This document shows positions 47,628 to 62,138 of a stretch of 64,000 nt of DNA, one piece after another. The number at the start of each line of letters is the position of its first letter. Within the stretch, counting starts at the first letter, position 1. Location of the stretch: assembly GCA_964106915.2 (NCBI GenBank), contig OZ066919.1; one strand, 5' to 3'. The translations under genes were made by a program, and so were the position numbers. The DNA is from Podarcis gaigeae (lineage: Eukaryota). The notes under the pieces were generated by a model. That model searched no databases. It was not told the origin of the DNA and saw only the letters and a program-made list of their open reading frames with translations.

Positions 47628-50600
47628 GTAAGTGGGGCAGTGTGGGGATTGCTGAGATGTGCTGCCGACTGAACAATGCCCAGATCCCCTCCCTATCATC
47701 CCAAGAACAAAACAGATTATTAATATTGGAGCTATTGCCCTCCAAACTGTAGCCCAGGCTAAGGGCTCTTTCCCTCAGCAGTTTTTGTTCATGCAAGTAT
47801 ACCCCCAAAAGTTATTCCCGTGACAGACATCATATCTTCACAATGACAACATGTGGATGCTGATGACGGTTGAAGCAGCTTGTCATGCATGTGTGACTCT
47901 AAAGGAACATGGATATAAATTCATCCAGAGAGTTGGCTTTCATCATAGTAATGATCTGTAGTATTAACATTAACAGAAATTTTATGTTATTTGTCTCCTG
48001 CCAGAAAATGCATTCACAAAAAGCAATCATACCTTACAAGATCAAGATAGTAAAGTTGCTTTTGTAAATTTCCCTTTGTAATTCTTAACTGTTAGAGATT
48101 GCTTAAGGGAAGTGACTTTGCTGACATGGTCAGGAGAAAATATGTTTTTTCCCATTCATTGCATCACTTGCCATTGAATGTTTTTTAAACTGTGTAACAG
48201 GCCAGGTGCTTGCTTCTCAGTGTAGGTGGGAAGTTGCACTTCTGCCAGTACCAATATTTATTTTCCTATGGCTATGAAAACAGCATAAAATAATAGTAGT
48301 TATGAGTAAAACCCTGCTTAAATTAGTCTTTGAGGAGGAAATGTGGCCCAAAGTTGGGAGACAACAGGAGCAGCTACAGGACAATCAGTTTCAGCAATAT
48401 TGTGCATATTTTTAAAAAATGGAAGTGGAGAATGAAATTGTAAAAAGCCCCAGTCTGGAGTGACGAAAGCTGGTTTATCAGCCGCTGGTGATGTATGGAA
48501 GTTGACAGCTAAGTCACTTTAGCACCTGCATAAAATATTAAAGGGCCGGTTATGCATTTATCACTCCATCTTTTTTAAGGCTGATAAATGAGAATTCAGC
48601 AACCTGCCATACACCTCCAGCACTGCAGCCCTCAGGGCTCCCAGACAAACACATCTTATTTTTCCTCCTTCTATTCCTTCCCCTGTGACAGGAAAATCGG
48701 CTGCAAAAGAGAGAATGAGTTATGGCAAAATGTGACCTTTGTGAGTTTTATTGGTGAATGTAATTTTAGCTGTGCACCTGACTCCTTTCTTACATTCAGC
48801 CTTTTGCTCTGTGTCAGAATTGACTAAACTGTCTGGTGTGAACATTGTGATTCTGTAGAAACAGTGTTCCACCCTTCCTTGACCAGAGAATCTAGTACTT
48901 TGCCTCATCAAAGTAAAAGTTGACATCCTCTTGTATTTTCATAGATTGCCCTGGATTCTAATTTAAAATATCCCAAGGAAAATCCCACTGGGAAAGGAAA
49001 TCAGGCTTAAAAGATGCGTGAGTTACTAGGGCTTATAAATGATGCTCTTTCTTTCCTGTTTTCCTTCACACTTTAGTCTATGGATAAATCTGTACAAAAA
49101 ATAGATAAATGAGACTTGAGAGGTAAGCAGCACCATGACAGATATTCAGGAGTTCAGCCATATGGGGAAAGTATATTCTTTTAGCTACCAATATATTCAG
49201 AATTTTGTCTACTGAATTGCAGTAGACAAATAATTTCTTGCTGTCCCGTGGGTTCCTTGCACCCACAAATTTTATTCTTAATTCTCATTCAGCTGATTGA
49301 CTGTTGCAGGAATGTGTTAACTTTTCAGACCCTGGCTAAGCCTTCCTATGTGCCCCGAGGTCTGGGAGACAGAAGCAGTTAAGTTCCTACGTAACCAGGA
49401 ATGTTGAGCAGTCTGCACTTTTGTGCACAGTCTTAGCATGGAAAACATAGGCAGCTAATGTAAATTATCCCTGTCTTGTTTCTGAAGTGGAAATATGGAC
49501 TCTCATCAGTCATTTTCACTGCTGTTTTGTACCCTTTCCTGAAATACTTTGGATTAGTTTCTCAGCCATTTTGATAGGGATTATCATTTTGCTTGTTGGC
49601 TTTGTCAATTAAGGAGCAATGGAAGCCATTTAGATATGTGTAAAGAAGCAAAATCTACTCTCCACATATTCCCTGGAGTGTTTTCTTGATCAATCTATTG
49701 GCTTGTTTTTACCACATGATGTTTCTAAGCTATTGTCTCATTGTGGTAGGTTGAGACAGGATTATTTGCATTGGGTTCTGCTGTTGCAGTGTTAGAAGAT
49801 GATGCTAAAAATGACTGAATAAGGTCTTCCATAGTGGATATATTTGAAAAGTGTAATTCCACACTTTATAAAGTGGAATAGTAACTTTTGTAGCCTTTAA
49901 GGCCTAATTCACCTTTAACATAAGAGTTCACTTATATTGACCATGTTTGGACTCAACCCTTGGCCATAAAGTGCACATAGATCCTGCTATCTGGCTTGCC
50001 ATCTGAAATTTCAGTCATCTGAACACAAAAAATTACACCCAAACCTTTGCTGCCCAAGTAATTCATTCAGTTATCTAAATAGCTGGAGTTTGCTCATTTC
50101 CTTGCTTCTTTGTGTTTTGCTGGTCAGTGACAGCCATTTTGATTAGAAACCAGGGACGAACGGAGGAAGGGAAAGAGATTGGGACAAATCAAGGAGCAGG
50201 AAAGACTGTCTTTTGCTAGTTGGCTGCAGCAGTTTGGGGTGGAAACCAAGGAGAGAAGGCGATCAGACAATTCAGATTTGAAATGTTCCCATAGGAAATA
50301 ATGTAAATAATCAGCTCATTGTGTGGTTGCTTGCCTAATGAATGATTTCCCGGGGACCCATTGTGTTCAGATAGCAAGACCTGCATGTATAGATATGTGG
50401 ATTAGTATGTTCATAGATGTGTGTTTGTGCATGCAGTTCAAGCACTCACTGTTGTGGTCCTCTCTTCTCAAAGCTGGGAAACAACTTGCAGAACTGCTGG
50501 CTTAGCGTCATGTCCAAACTAGCTCTTGTGGCTTGTTTCTCATTAACAAACCACCACCAGGAACCCAAGGGTAGTTCTTTATTTCTTGATTATAGTTTAT

Positions 50601-53600
50601 TTGAGATAAAGCAACCAGGAGCACTGGTTCAGGTTGATTTGTTTAAATGTGGTTTATGGCCATCATTGCATCCTAACATGACCATTGTGTGTGAGAGAGA
50701 AAGTGTGGGGATACAAGAGGCCTGATAGAGCTAGATGGGCTGTGAGGACAGAGCTTAGACCTAAGAAACAGGGCACTTGGTAGTACAATCCCATACACTT
50801 TACCAGTTTCCGCTTTCAATAAGGTAAGAAATATGATACAGCTGTTTGTAGTAATCAGTTAGCTTGATGTGTTCTCCCCTTGAATTTAGGTTAGTGCAGG
50901 CATAGGCAGACTCAGCCCTGCAGATGTTTTGAGACTACAACATTTACAATAACACTTGAGGAAGAGCTGAAACAGAACTACACCCCACCCCACCCCGGTT
51001 AACTGGAAGGAGGCATGGTTAGAACGGTGAATTATGCAGAGGTACAGCAACACCTTCTATGTGGGTGATACTTTAGGGCAGCATTCCCCAACCTGGTGGT
51101 CATCAGATATTTTTGGACTACAACTTCCATTAGCCTAGTGGCTACCAACTTTTTTTGACCACTAGGTGCATTTAAATTTTTGAGTGGGTTTGTAGGTTAT
51201 TCACAGAACAGCATGTCACCACGACATAGAAGAAGTAAAGGTGGAATCCAACATAGTACTAAGTCTCTCTTTCAATCAACACAAGACTTTCTCCTTGCAC
51301 AAAGGAACCTTCTCCCCCTGAACATACCCTAAATTTATTCTATGGGTTCCCCCCACTCTCTGGAAGAGATTTAGGAAAGAGGGGAATGTCCCATTGAACA
51401 AGTTGAAATCCTTGCATTGATAGGGCATGGTAGTTGAAAAGCACCCTAAGTGTTCATTTTGTTTGACAGTCTAAATATTTACAGGTTGGACAATAATAAG
51501 TATATATGATACTTTTGTGACATTTGTAATACTTGACCAAAAAACCACATTTCTCTATTATTACTTTTTTACATAGAAGAGTACACTTAATTCAGTCCCT
51601 CAAGAAAAGGTTATGAATTCAGTGTTAAGAGAATATATAATTTAAGATGTAATTTTAAACTGTTTTAAGGGGCACACTGTGCCTGATATTTAAAAAAACT
51701 ATGGTTTAAATAATAACATTTGACATGAAAAATAGTGGGGGGTGGCGTACATTGGTTGGTTCAACTAGTGCTTTACCAGCAGTTTTGATTTCTGGATGCT
51801 GAAACTTGGGAGTGTTAGGCATAGTACAGCAGCAAACTGGAGAATTCAGACGTATCTCACAACATTGTAAAGTTTTGTTGGAGACTCCCCAGTCAGTGGG
51901 GCCTGAATTTATATCTACTGAGCTTGATGAAGAATTGTTCCTGTGTTCTGCGTCTAATGCTCCAGCCTGCATCCTACTTGCTGAAATGTGGGCGGCATTG
52001 GGTTTCTTCTCACTTTTTCCCCCCTTTTAAATTCCCTGCATTTGTAGCAATCCCTCACTTGTTCTAAAGAACAGCTACTCATTTACTCTAGCTGTTTACA
52101 TTGCAAGGTTTCCTTTTAAAGAATTGCAGAGAGAATTTGGGGGGGGGGGTGAAATGCCTTTTTTTCTTTGAAAGCTTAGCAGTTTTGTCTGTGTGTCTGT
52201 TATTTGTGAGTGGGAGGGAGGAAGAGCGGGTGAGAAAAAAGTGCTTTATCCGAAAAGAATCATATTGGCTTTGTGCTGATAGAGGCTGCTGTCATCTCTT
52301 AAACGGCTTAGCCCAGTCAAAAGGCTAGCGGACTTAAAACAGTGTCTTACACGAGGATCGATGGAGAAAACACGGCAGTGGTAACTGTGAGGAAAAAAGG
52401 GTGAATGCAAGAGAGATAACAGTAATGATTGCATGGAGGGGAGCTGGAGGCAGGCTTGCTCTTTGTAGGAACCTTGCTTCAAAGGAGTCTGAGCTGCCTG
52501 GTCCCCAGGATGTTGCTGCCTCTGTGTATCTAGGAAGAGAGCCCAAGCCCCCCCCCCCCTTGCTGGAGCAAATGGGCTAAGTAGATTAAAGCATGATAGG
52601 TTATCTCTTCCCCCTATGTTGTATCACTTTTAGGAGATTTTTTTGGTCAATCAGCATATTGTGTCATTCCTTTAGCCAAAGGAGGTGAGTTGGTGTTGGG
52701 GAGGGGGGTAAGAGTCTAAACTGCACAGTGAGGGAGCCATTGGGAAAGGGGGAGTTGGGCGGAGGGGGGGTGAAACGGTATGTCAGTTTATCGATCGCAC
52801 CTCAGCCAGGAGAGCTGCAGGCACAGCTATGCGGGCACGAGCAGCAGCACTCCTAATGTGATTGAAAGGCAGTTAAAATGGCGGTGACCTTTTCAGGGGG
52901 AATTAGATTGCCTGCCAAGAGTGGTTAGAGGGAGTGATAACGCCAGCTTGAGGAAGCTGTCCAGGCAACTTCAAAGAGAGAGAGACAGAGACAGGAAAAG
53001 CAAGTGAGCGCAAGTCCCATTTAAACTCTGAGCTGTACTGTCTGATAGAGCCAAGATTGCTGTCCTCTCTAGATATGAAGGGTTTGAAGAATGTAGTCAA
53101 GTTCCCTGTCCTTGCCCTTCCTGCACTGCACCACCTTGTCAAGGAAAGCAACAACTGGCCAGCTGTCTATTCACCTGACACTCTTGGGGATTTCAGTTGC
53201 CTTGAAAATAATACACGGAGGCAAAGCCCTAATGACTGAAAGACAGTATGCAAGGCTTCCTAGAAGAGTGATTACTAGAAACCTTCCTATGAGGAACTGT
53301 GTGGTATGTTCTGAATTTGGAAGGTCTTTCACTTACAAGCAATTCAAAGGTGCTGGTGTTCCTACTAAATGAGAAACCCCATTGTTCTTGGTGTTCCAGG
53401 TTTCTTTGTCAAAAGATTACTAACCAGCTGGGTGGCTCCTAAATTGAGCCTTCATGGCCAGAGGCAGGATCCTTTGGAGTACCAGATACTGGGGCCAACA
53501 ATGTAGGGAGGTCATATCTTGCCTTTCAGCTTCATGGGTGCATCTGGCTTGCCTCTGTGGGAAGCAGGATACTGGACAAACCCCTGACCTTATCTATTAG

Positions 53601-56224
53601 ACCTTTTCTTAATTTGGAGATTGAAGGACTGGCTCAGGAGCCTAACTTCTGTGCCAGAGCAAAGTATTTAATAGATGGTATTGTCACCTACACTTGTTAT
53701 GACTATTTGAAGAGTCAGATGAATTGCTTGGCATTTCCTGCAGATGGCTGTCATCCCACTCTTGGCTTACAGCCTGTTTCTCCCTTTAACTTCAAATGCT
53801 TTTTGCTCTGAGCACTGATGTCACAGCAGACTTTTTGCAAAATAAACTGCAGAAGTGGCACCACAACCAACAACAATAGTGATTGTACTTTTATGTGTGT
53901 AGAATCCAGAAGCATGTGAAGTAGGTATCTAGGAGTGGCACATGTCTGTTCCTACAGTAGGGGGAAATACAATTATGATACGTAATACTTTTATAATATG
54001 AACATTCATGGAAACCCTGCACTTGACATATGGAAATGCATAGTCTCATCTCACTCAAGCTGTTTTGTTTTCTAATCATTTTGAAATAATCTGCCTCTAG
54101 CAAAATGTGGATGTCATACAGTTGTTCTGCTAGGAATCTTAAAATATACAAAGGGTGACATCCCGCCTACTTTCTTTTGAAATTACTAGCTACATTTTCT
54201 TGTTTTTCCCCCTCTGGAGCACAAATAGGAAGATGCTTTTCTTTGAGAGCGCCTGCAAAGCTAACAGGCGTGTGCCTGATTTCCATCATCCAGTTTGTTC
54301 AGTTAAAGTTGCATTTAAGGTCATATCAAAGAGAGCTGGCAGTGGCATTAGACAATGAGATTTCCCAGAGGACTGACCAGGAAATAAAAGGTATCTGTAG
54401 TGTGTACAGATCCTTGGATGAATGAATCTGTAACTAATATTTGTTATCCATGGATTTGAATGGACTTGGCAGAAGGAAGGAGAGCTGTCAGTGGAGCAGC
54501 TTTCGAATTTCATATCTGTGACGTCCTTAATGTCTCTCTCCTTCTCCCAGTTTTGAAAATCTGTTTCAGATATTGCTTCTTGGTAACATGCTCTCTTTTG
54601 CCTTATCCCACAAATTAAAAAAATATCCCAGACTGTCTGCTTCCATAGTTTAATGCTGTTCTTTAAAAAAAAACACACACAACAAAACAACAACATTTCA
54701 TTTTTTTTTAATTTATCAGTTCAGAAACAAGTACACTGTGTGTCTTGAACTGTTGAACAAGAACCAGTAAAGACAACTAAAGGAATGCTCATGTTATTTC
54801 TGCTCTTGTTAGCCCCTACAGATCTTTTCTAGCCCTTCTGCTGCTGCACAAATGTGCATACACAATACTTTGTTTTCTTTGTTTGCTTGGATAAAGATGA
54901 AATGCCATAGAATGAAACTCCCTTACGATACAAACTGTAATATGTATTTGTTCATATGTGCATGTCTCTCTCATTCATACACTAAGCAGCATGTTCGCTA
55001 TTACAAGGTGCCTGCCACATAGCTATCTCTTGTTTCACTCAAAGGCAGAAATTGCTCAAGACTGCTAACTAATCTAGTCTTGCTTGTCTTGAGCTGGCCT
55101 GCAACAGTTTTCCTTGGGCGATGTGGATTCCTGTTGTAAGCTTTTTGTGTATACTGCACTGACATGCTAAAAGTCCTGCACCAAGGAAATGTATCTCTCT
55201 GCAGAAGATAAATTAAATTGAAATACCTGAATGAATTTACTTCGTGCAATCATCACAGGATTTCTGAAGCAGAATTTAGAACCCTTTCCTCTCCGTTGAG
55301 CAGTAGTGACTTTAAAGATGTAGATTTAGCGCAGAGAGTTTTTTTGAACAAAATGCACTTTGGAAAGAAATTCAAATTGTAGTTTCTTTCAGAATGGCAC
55401 CATGAATAAGATAAGTAAAACCGACACAATCCAGAAGATGGAGATGTAATATGTTTGGCGCTTCTGTGCTATCAAAAGAGAAAGAGAAAGACAGAGAAAA
55501 GAGCCATTGTATTTCCTAAGAGCCTTGCCTTTCACTAACTGAGGAATCCCATGCAATTGTTATGTAAGTCATATGCATGACATCATCTGTTGTCTAAAGC
55601 TGAATCCTAACCCCGCTTTTCTGGGAGTAAGCCCCACTGAATTCAGTAGTATTTTCTTCAGAGTAGGCATGGTTAGGACTGGGTAATAGTCTGAACCAGA
55701 ACTCAGGAACCAGATCCTTAACTTTTCAGTGCAGAGTTTTATTCTCATTTGGGATATTAATTATTAGTTCATCATAAATGCCTAACAGTTAAGCAAACCC
55801 TGTCTTGGCATGGTCTACCTTTCTATTACCTAAGAGGAGGCAGGATGAGCATTAGTGGACTCCTCTAGTTTCCAGTCTACCAAGTGGGAAAATTTAAGTA
55901 TTTGAAAAGTTACGTATTTGAGGTGTTTAGTGAAATAGGATTTAAGGATTTGTGGTATGCTCATTCACACACATAGTGGAAGATGATATCTGGTTGCCTG
56001 ATGAACCACCCAACCTTAGAATTAATACGGTGCTTGGGAAATACTCTTCTTTTCTTAAACGACATACAAAACTTTATTGAAATTAGTTTTATGACATTTC
56101 TAGTTTACAAGGCAGAGAAACTACTCAACATCCTAAATAGCTTATACTGTACAATGAAATGCTGGGAATATTTTTTTTAATGTTTGTTTATAGTTCAACA
56201 CTCTGACGTATACTGCTACATTGT

Positions 56225-56328
56225 ATAATCTGTAGCTACCACCAACCACTTTGTCCCACTTAATGCATCTAATGCATTCTTTTGTGAACCTCCCTGAGAT
56301 CTGTGGATGAACGGTAGTATGCAAATTC

Positions 56329-56370
<42 letters not shown>
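56225..56370 (+). mobile_element. L2-type 3' end with (TAA)n microsatellite tail
   Basis: gtgaacctccctgagatctgtggatgaacggtagtatgcaaat followed by about 13 TAA repeats. Confidence 0.6.
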
Positions 56371-56373
<3 letters not shown>

Positions 56374-59300
56374 TCATAATGAAGTATCCTGTATAAGGTT
56401 TTTTTCCACAATAAATCGGCAAGTTGCTAAAGTTCTGGTGTACCTAGGACCTTTTTTGGCAACAGCACAACGGCAGAAAAAAATTGCTATAGCCTTCATG
56501 CTCTGTACCACTTTATAAGTCGTAAGAGAAAGATATAATTGAAAGTTTTTCTACTTCAGCAACTTGCTGTCTTTCCATACAGAAAGATATTTTTTTTAAC
56601 CTGAGAGATTTTAAAGGTTCACTTGGTTGCTTTTGTCACCCCAGAAGGCTATACAGTGTGTATTTCCTGAATGCCTGCTCATTTCCTTTCAAATTTCTGG
56701 AGTTTTGAAAGCGTAGATGACATATTTGAGGTCTCATTTCCTCATGAACATGGCAGAATACAACACAGTGTTAAAACTTATATTTGAGTATTTATTGTCT
56801 GACTACAACACAAGCATAGGGAATCTGAAATGAAAATGACAAAGACGTGCAGCGTTAATGTGTTGTAATGTATCTTTGTCCCCTAAGAGGAATATTCCTG
56901 TTCAGAGGCAGACTAGGGCAAAAGCTTGTAATACTTTCTGAGTGTGGGAGCACACACTTTTTTCTCTACTTGCCTAAAGCCGTCCCCACTATGCTATTTA
57001 ATTCTGAAGGGCTCAGGACAATCTATGAACCATTTCTTGCTGCCTATCTTGGGGAGGACAGTTTCTGGAGAAGGAGAAGGTATACTTGGAAAAAAAAAGT
57101 TATTGTGTAGTGCCTCAATTTTTCTTCCCTGATAATATAAGCTACTAAGCAGCGTGAGCAAACTGGTTCCCTGTCTTTCTCCCTCTGGTTCCTTTTATTT
57201 TATTTTATTTGAATTGACAAACTCAACTTCATAGGTCCTAAAAGTTCACAGGTCCTTGTCGTGCTGACCCCCACCCCCACCCCAGTTTTTCTTTTTCAAT
57301 TAATTTAGAAACTACTATACTTCTAGTATACTACTATACTATACCTAGGACATTCCCATGTAGAAACTACTACCTTATTTTTGGTGAGTCAATTTTACTT
57401 ATGAACAGGGTTGCCCAAGTGGTATTTTTTGAGGTGGGGTGAGGAATAATAGCAATGTATTTATAATGGCCTTGTGGGATGGAAAAGTGGGAATAAGTTC
57501 AAGTTACAGAAAGACAGGCTTCAATTAAATATTCGGGAAGGTTAAACTAGGGTTCACTGCTCTCCTGTAACCTTAAAAAAGCAGGATAAGTATTGCATGA
57601 AATTAATTCTGGTGCCTATTGCATGACAACTTGTGGCACCACTATTTCATTAGACAGTGCAGTTTAAATAAAGGGAATAACTGATGCTTTATCTATTGCG
57701 TGCAAGATTATTGAAACTTGAAAGAGTTTAAGGAGAATCTTAGTATCTGTTCTCAGTTTACTCAAATGCAGCATTTGAGTAAACCATTTCCTTTATAGCA
57801 TAGCCCTCATGTGCTGCAACAGGGGAGGAAGAGATTAACCGGCTGTCGGGGGACAAAATTTGATTGTTAGGTGCACTAAATTGGCAGGAGGAATCTAGGG
57901 TAATGGGGTGACATTTAAAAGTACTCCATGCTGGAAACTGAGTAGGTTCCAAGTTGAGAACATACATTTTAATGTACATTTTCTTGGCTGTTGGACTAGC
58001 AGGCATGAGCTCATCTACTCTTGGTTCTCACAGCATTACTGAAACAATATTTTGTGTATGTGTGCACCCCCGTGCTTGGTATGAAGGTTCTAGTCCGTCA
58101 TTTTTTTCTCCTTATCCCCTCTCCTCCCCTGCAAAGCCATCTGCCTTGAATACAGCTTCTCCTGTGAGCTTTGGAGTTGCCCTTCAGCCTCAGCTGTCAA
58201 GATATTGATTGACGCAATTTTAATAGCATTTTAAAATACAGTTGTTAAGTTGAGGCAGTGGGACTCTTCTCTTACTCCTCCTTCCTACACCTCCACCACC
58301 ACCAAAGAGGGGAAGTGTGGTTTTTCAATGACTTTAAACTGCTTCTGGTCTTTGCATGTCGTCTCTTGTGCCAAGCGGTGAAACGCATTATCGAGTAGTG
58401 CCCAGAAAGTGGTTAACTGCGTTTGACACACGCCAACTCCCTGCCTCCACACTGGATAATTGCATTGTCAACTATTCAGTAAAGTGGCAGGTGACACTGC
58501 TGCCGGATTGATTGTCCTAGCATTGAGGCTCCTAAGACTGTCAGCTTCCCAATCGATAGCGTTTACACAAGACACCGTGACTGCATCTGTAACTAATTTC
58601 AGTTTGAAACTTGCAAGACACTGCGCTGCCCCTGTTTTCTGGCTACATGTGTTTAGTGACTTGCTTCCTCTCTTTGGACCACAGGCTTGATACCATCCTG
58701 CTTCACACCCCCTCCTTCCTTGGAAAGTGCATTCCTGTTTTTATTTTGGTGTAGCAGGTGAAGAAATCGATGCTGTGTGCTGTGCCCTCAAAAGCAGGCA
58801 GAATTACTGCAGATGGCTAACTAGCAGCTCCAGTTTTGTAATCAATAGCCTGATCAATTGATTAAATTAACACTGATTTTCTTCCGTCTTCCTGGCCTAT
58901 ATGAAAAATTAGTTTGCAGTGAGCATGCAGGTTTGGCTTATAAAATACAGGCCTTGTTATGCTATCCCATGACACTTTTCTATCAAGTTTGAGTGCATTG
59001 TTATTTAAATCAGTGGACAGCAAGACATGCTGCTTCCACTAGTGCCTTTAAATGGGGACATTGCTCTGGGTTGCTTACCAAACTTGACTACTTCATGCTC
59101 GGCTGCTTTAGAAAAGTCGTCCCCTCAGCTTTTCCGCCTTCCTCTGTTATTGGCAGAATTGCAATGTGACTGTGATCCCTGTCAGTGGTGCTTATTGATC
59201 CAGTGATGTGAACCTGTTTAGTGATTCAAGATTACTTTAATTCCCCTCTTTCCTTTTTTGTTTTCCCTCGCTCCTTACATGAACAAAAATTCCCCTGAGC

Positions 59301-61371
59301 CACCTTCATGGAAATTACGCCAATGATTGCTAAGCCTCTGCTTGCAAATTTTCCTTTGTATGGCAGCCTTCCACATACAAGCACACAAATGCATGCACGC
59401 CTCCTGCTGAACATTAGCCTGGCACAGAACTGGAGGAATTGCCATAGCAGCTTGGATATGGGATCCTCTTTCCAGCTGTATCCACTGTGTGATGGAGGCA
59501 CAAAGGGGAACTTGTGTAGTGCTCTCAGCCAAGTTCTGAGGTGCTGTTTACAGGAGGAAAAATCCTTTTGCAGGCAACCAGCTTGCCCCCTGAGGCACAG
59601 GCTTGATGACTTTCACCTTGGCATGCAGCAGTACCACAAAATATTAATGGCCATAAAATTATACAGCCCCCTCTTAAAGTCTCCTCCTTGGTGTGTTAGT
59701 AAAGATGACTACAAGCAGTTGGGTTGCAGACTTGCAGCCTAGGCTCTGTTTTCTTACAGCGTGAAAGATGACTTTAGAGTGGCAGCTCTACTACAATGAT
59801 CCATATGCATGGCCTCAAACACTGAAGACCTATGTGTGTATTTTATAAATCCCATGATCCTGATTAAGTTATTTCATAGCAGCCAGTGAAAACCAGACTT
59901 TGCATTTTTCTGTGGTCAGGTTAGTTTTCCATCAACCTGGAATCATGAACATTACTAATCCAATTCATCTTTACCTGATCGTTTATAATGCAACAGGGTA
60001 ATAGAACAATGCAATTTAATAACTAATTCCAACAAACATTAGCCATCAAAGGTTGACTACAGCGATCCTTTCCTTTTGCCCTTTCTTTTTAAAAGAGCCA
60101 AGGCAGTTTGCTTTTCCCCAAGCCATTTTTAAAGGAAAGCTACATCCGTGCCACTATGCTCTCTTGGTGCTAGTTTGGGGATGTTTCGGCAGCTGAGGAA
60201 ACAAACACTGCCAAGAGCTGTTCCCAGGAAATGTGTGTGAGGCCTGGCAGCATTAAAACACTTTTATTGCTGCTTTTGGGGGTGGGGGAGAGTTATTCCT
60301 TATCCAGGAAGGAGCAAGCAACACTTTAGGCAAAGCAGGTGAATGAGCTCAGCCAGAGGTTGGTAGATGTTGTGGGAAAAGTAATTAACAAAACCTGCTG
60401 TCTTTTTTTAGTCTTTAACTAGAGACTGTATTTTTTACCAAATCTCTCTATATTACCCACAAGCGCTGTAAACGCTCATCTGATTTCTGGCCATTACAGC
60501 CTTGGATAGGTCTCTGCACCAAGTGAGAGGTAGAGCATAATTCAGTTTTTGGAGATTTTTTATATTGAAGAATCAAGTGTTGTGCCTTGTGCACCTTGAC
60601 CACATGAGGGTCCAACACTAAAGACTCTTCCGTCGTAGGAGCAGAACAGCCAAGATACACATGTCATAAGCAGATTAGCTCTTCTGCTCTGCACTAGAGC
60701 ATTGCTAGAGGTTCTTCTGGCAGGTCATTATTTCATTTGTTACTTATTTATATTTTGGATTTATATCCTGTCAGTTTTACTCAAAAAGAGCCCTCTAGGT
60801 GGCTTACAATTTAAAATCAATAAGAATACACAGCAACGTATCCATAAATGACAACCAGTGACACACAGTTAAATTATAAGCAGTAGCAACTTCAGTAGGA
60901 AGTAATCATGTGTGAGCAAATTTGGAATAATAAATAGTGAGTGAAAACAAATAGTCAATTCTTAGCATTCTGGACAGTGGAACTCTAAAGCCATTGTGTG
61001 CTACTACTCACAATGCCTAAATGATAATCAGACAAGTGGGAGATTTACCCCTTAAATTCTGTAAAGAATAAAACAGATTCTGTGCTTTATTTGTTCCAGT
61101 TCTACTCTTCACTTATATAAAGATGATGTGCAGTCTCATTTCTGTACAGAATCTGTTTTTACCATTAGAAAGTTGCATACATAATGGTAAATAACCAGCC
61201 CAACTAAGGATACAATTGTACCCCAAGACCAGTTGTGTGTGTGTTTTTTTAAGTCTTCTTATTGCTAAGGAAATAAGCAAAGCAAAGTGAATTACAATGC
61301 AACTGCTACTCATAACCAAGCAAAGCACGGTTCACGTATGGCCTTGTTATGATGCAACGTTGCCTGTACTC

Positions 61372-61636
61372 CGTGCTGGTGCCAGATATTTTGTACCCTA
61401 GGCAAAGCTAACCTTGCACACACGCATACCCCCCAAAATGGCTAACTTCAGTTTACAAAAAATGATGTATTGTAGAAATCATAAAATTCTTCAAAATATA
61501 AAATATTACTAGAAATTCATAAGCTATAACAAAAAACAATTTCTGTAAACTGTCCCCCTAAAAGGTCAGCACTGCGCCCCTCTGAGGTCTGTGCCTTAGG
61601 TGGCTGCCTAGTTAGCCTAATAACAGCACTGGCCTC
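61372..61636. mobile_element. Degenerate hAT-like MITE
   Basis: GC-rich imperfect termini (gtgctggtgcc / cagcactggcc), subterminal ccctaggc / gcctag motifs and an AT-rich centre. Confidence 0.4.
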
Positions 61637-61969
61637 CCTTTACTGAATCCATGGTTCTGAACCCCACCTATGAGCAAAATTGGAATATATTTTTGTTTCT
61701 CTAGATTGAGTTGTGCAAGACACCGTATATGTTTCAAGTTTGAATCAGGTGAAATAATATGTTGCCTATCTTTGTGGTAAAAGCAGACTTAAAATACAGG
61801 TGGCAGTTTTGTGCACATCCAATTGATTCATAACTGCTGATGCCTGGGTACTTTTGGACTCCACCAACATTTGTAGGGCCAAGAACAGAATTCCCATGCA
61901 AATTGGTCGCCACCTGTATTTATCTTTTTAGAGAAGATGGGCATGCTTGTATATAAAGACTTTAAACTA

Positions 61970-62138
61970 CTGTATTTTTCGCTCTATAACACGCACCCGA
62001 CCATAGCACGCACGTAGTTTTTAGAGGAGGAAAATCCGTAGGCATGCCACCCGTAGGCATTTCCTCCATAACACTCACAGACATTTCCCCTTACTTTCTA
62101 GGAGGAAAAAAGTGAGTGTTATGGTGCAAAAAATACGG
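61970..62138. mobile_element. pogo/Tigger-like MITE
   Basis: TIRs ctgtatttttcgctctataacac / gtgttatggtgcaaaaaatacgg, flanked by TA on both sides. Confidence 0.8.

Noticed and set aside
35698-58771. Recurrent ATCGAT hexamer as a window-wide enrichment
   Set aside because: About five copies in 64 kb is roughly what chance would give even with CpG depletion. Only the local cluster near 58.5-58.9 kb is noted.
59308-59742. 144-aa ORF
   Set aside because: No recognisable domain, no convincing splice signals and no match to the RNF220 sequence expected next (SGFIMCSGKENPDSD-like). It is probably chance within non-coding sequence.
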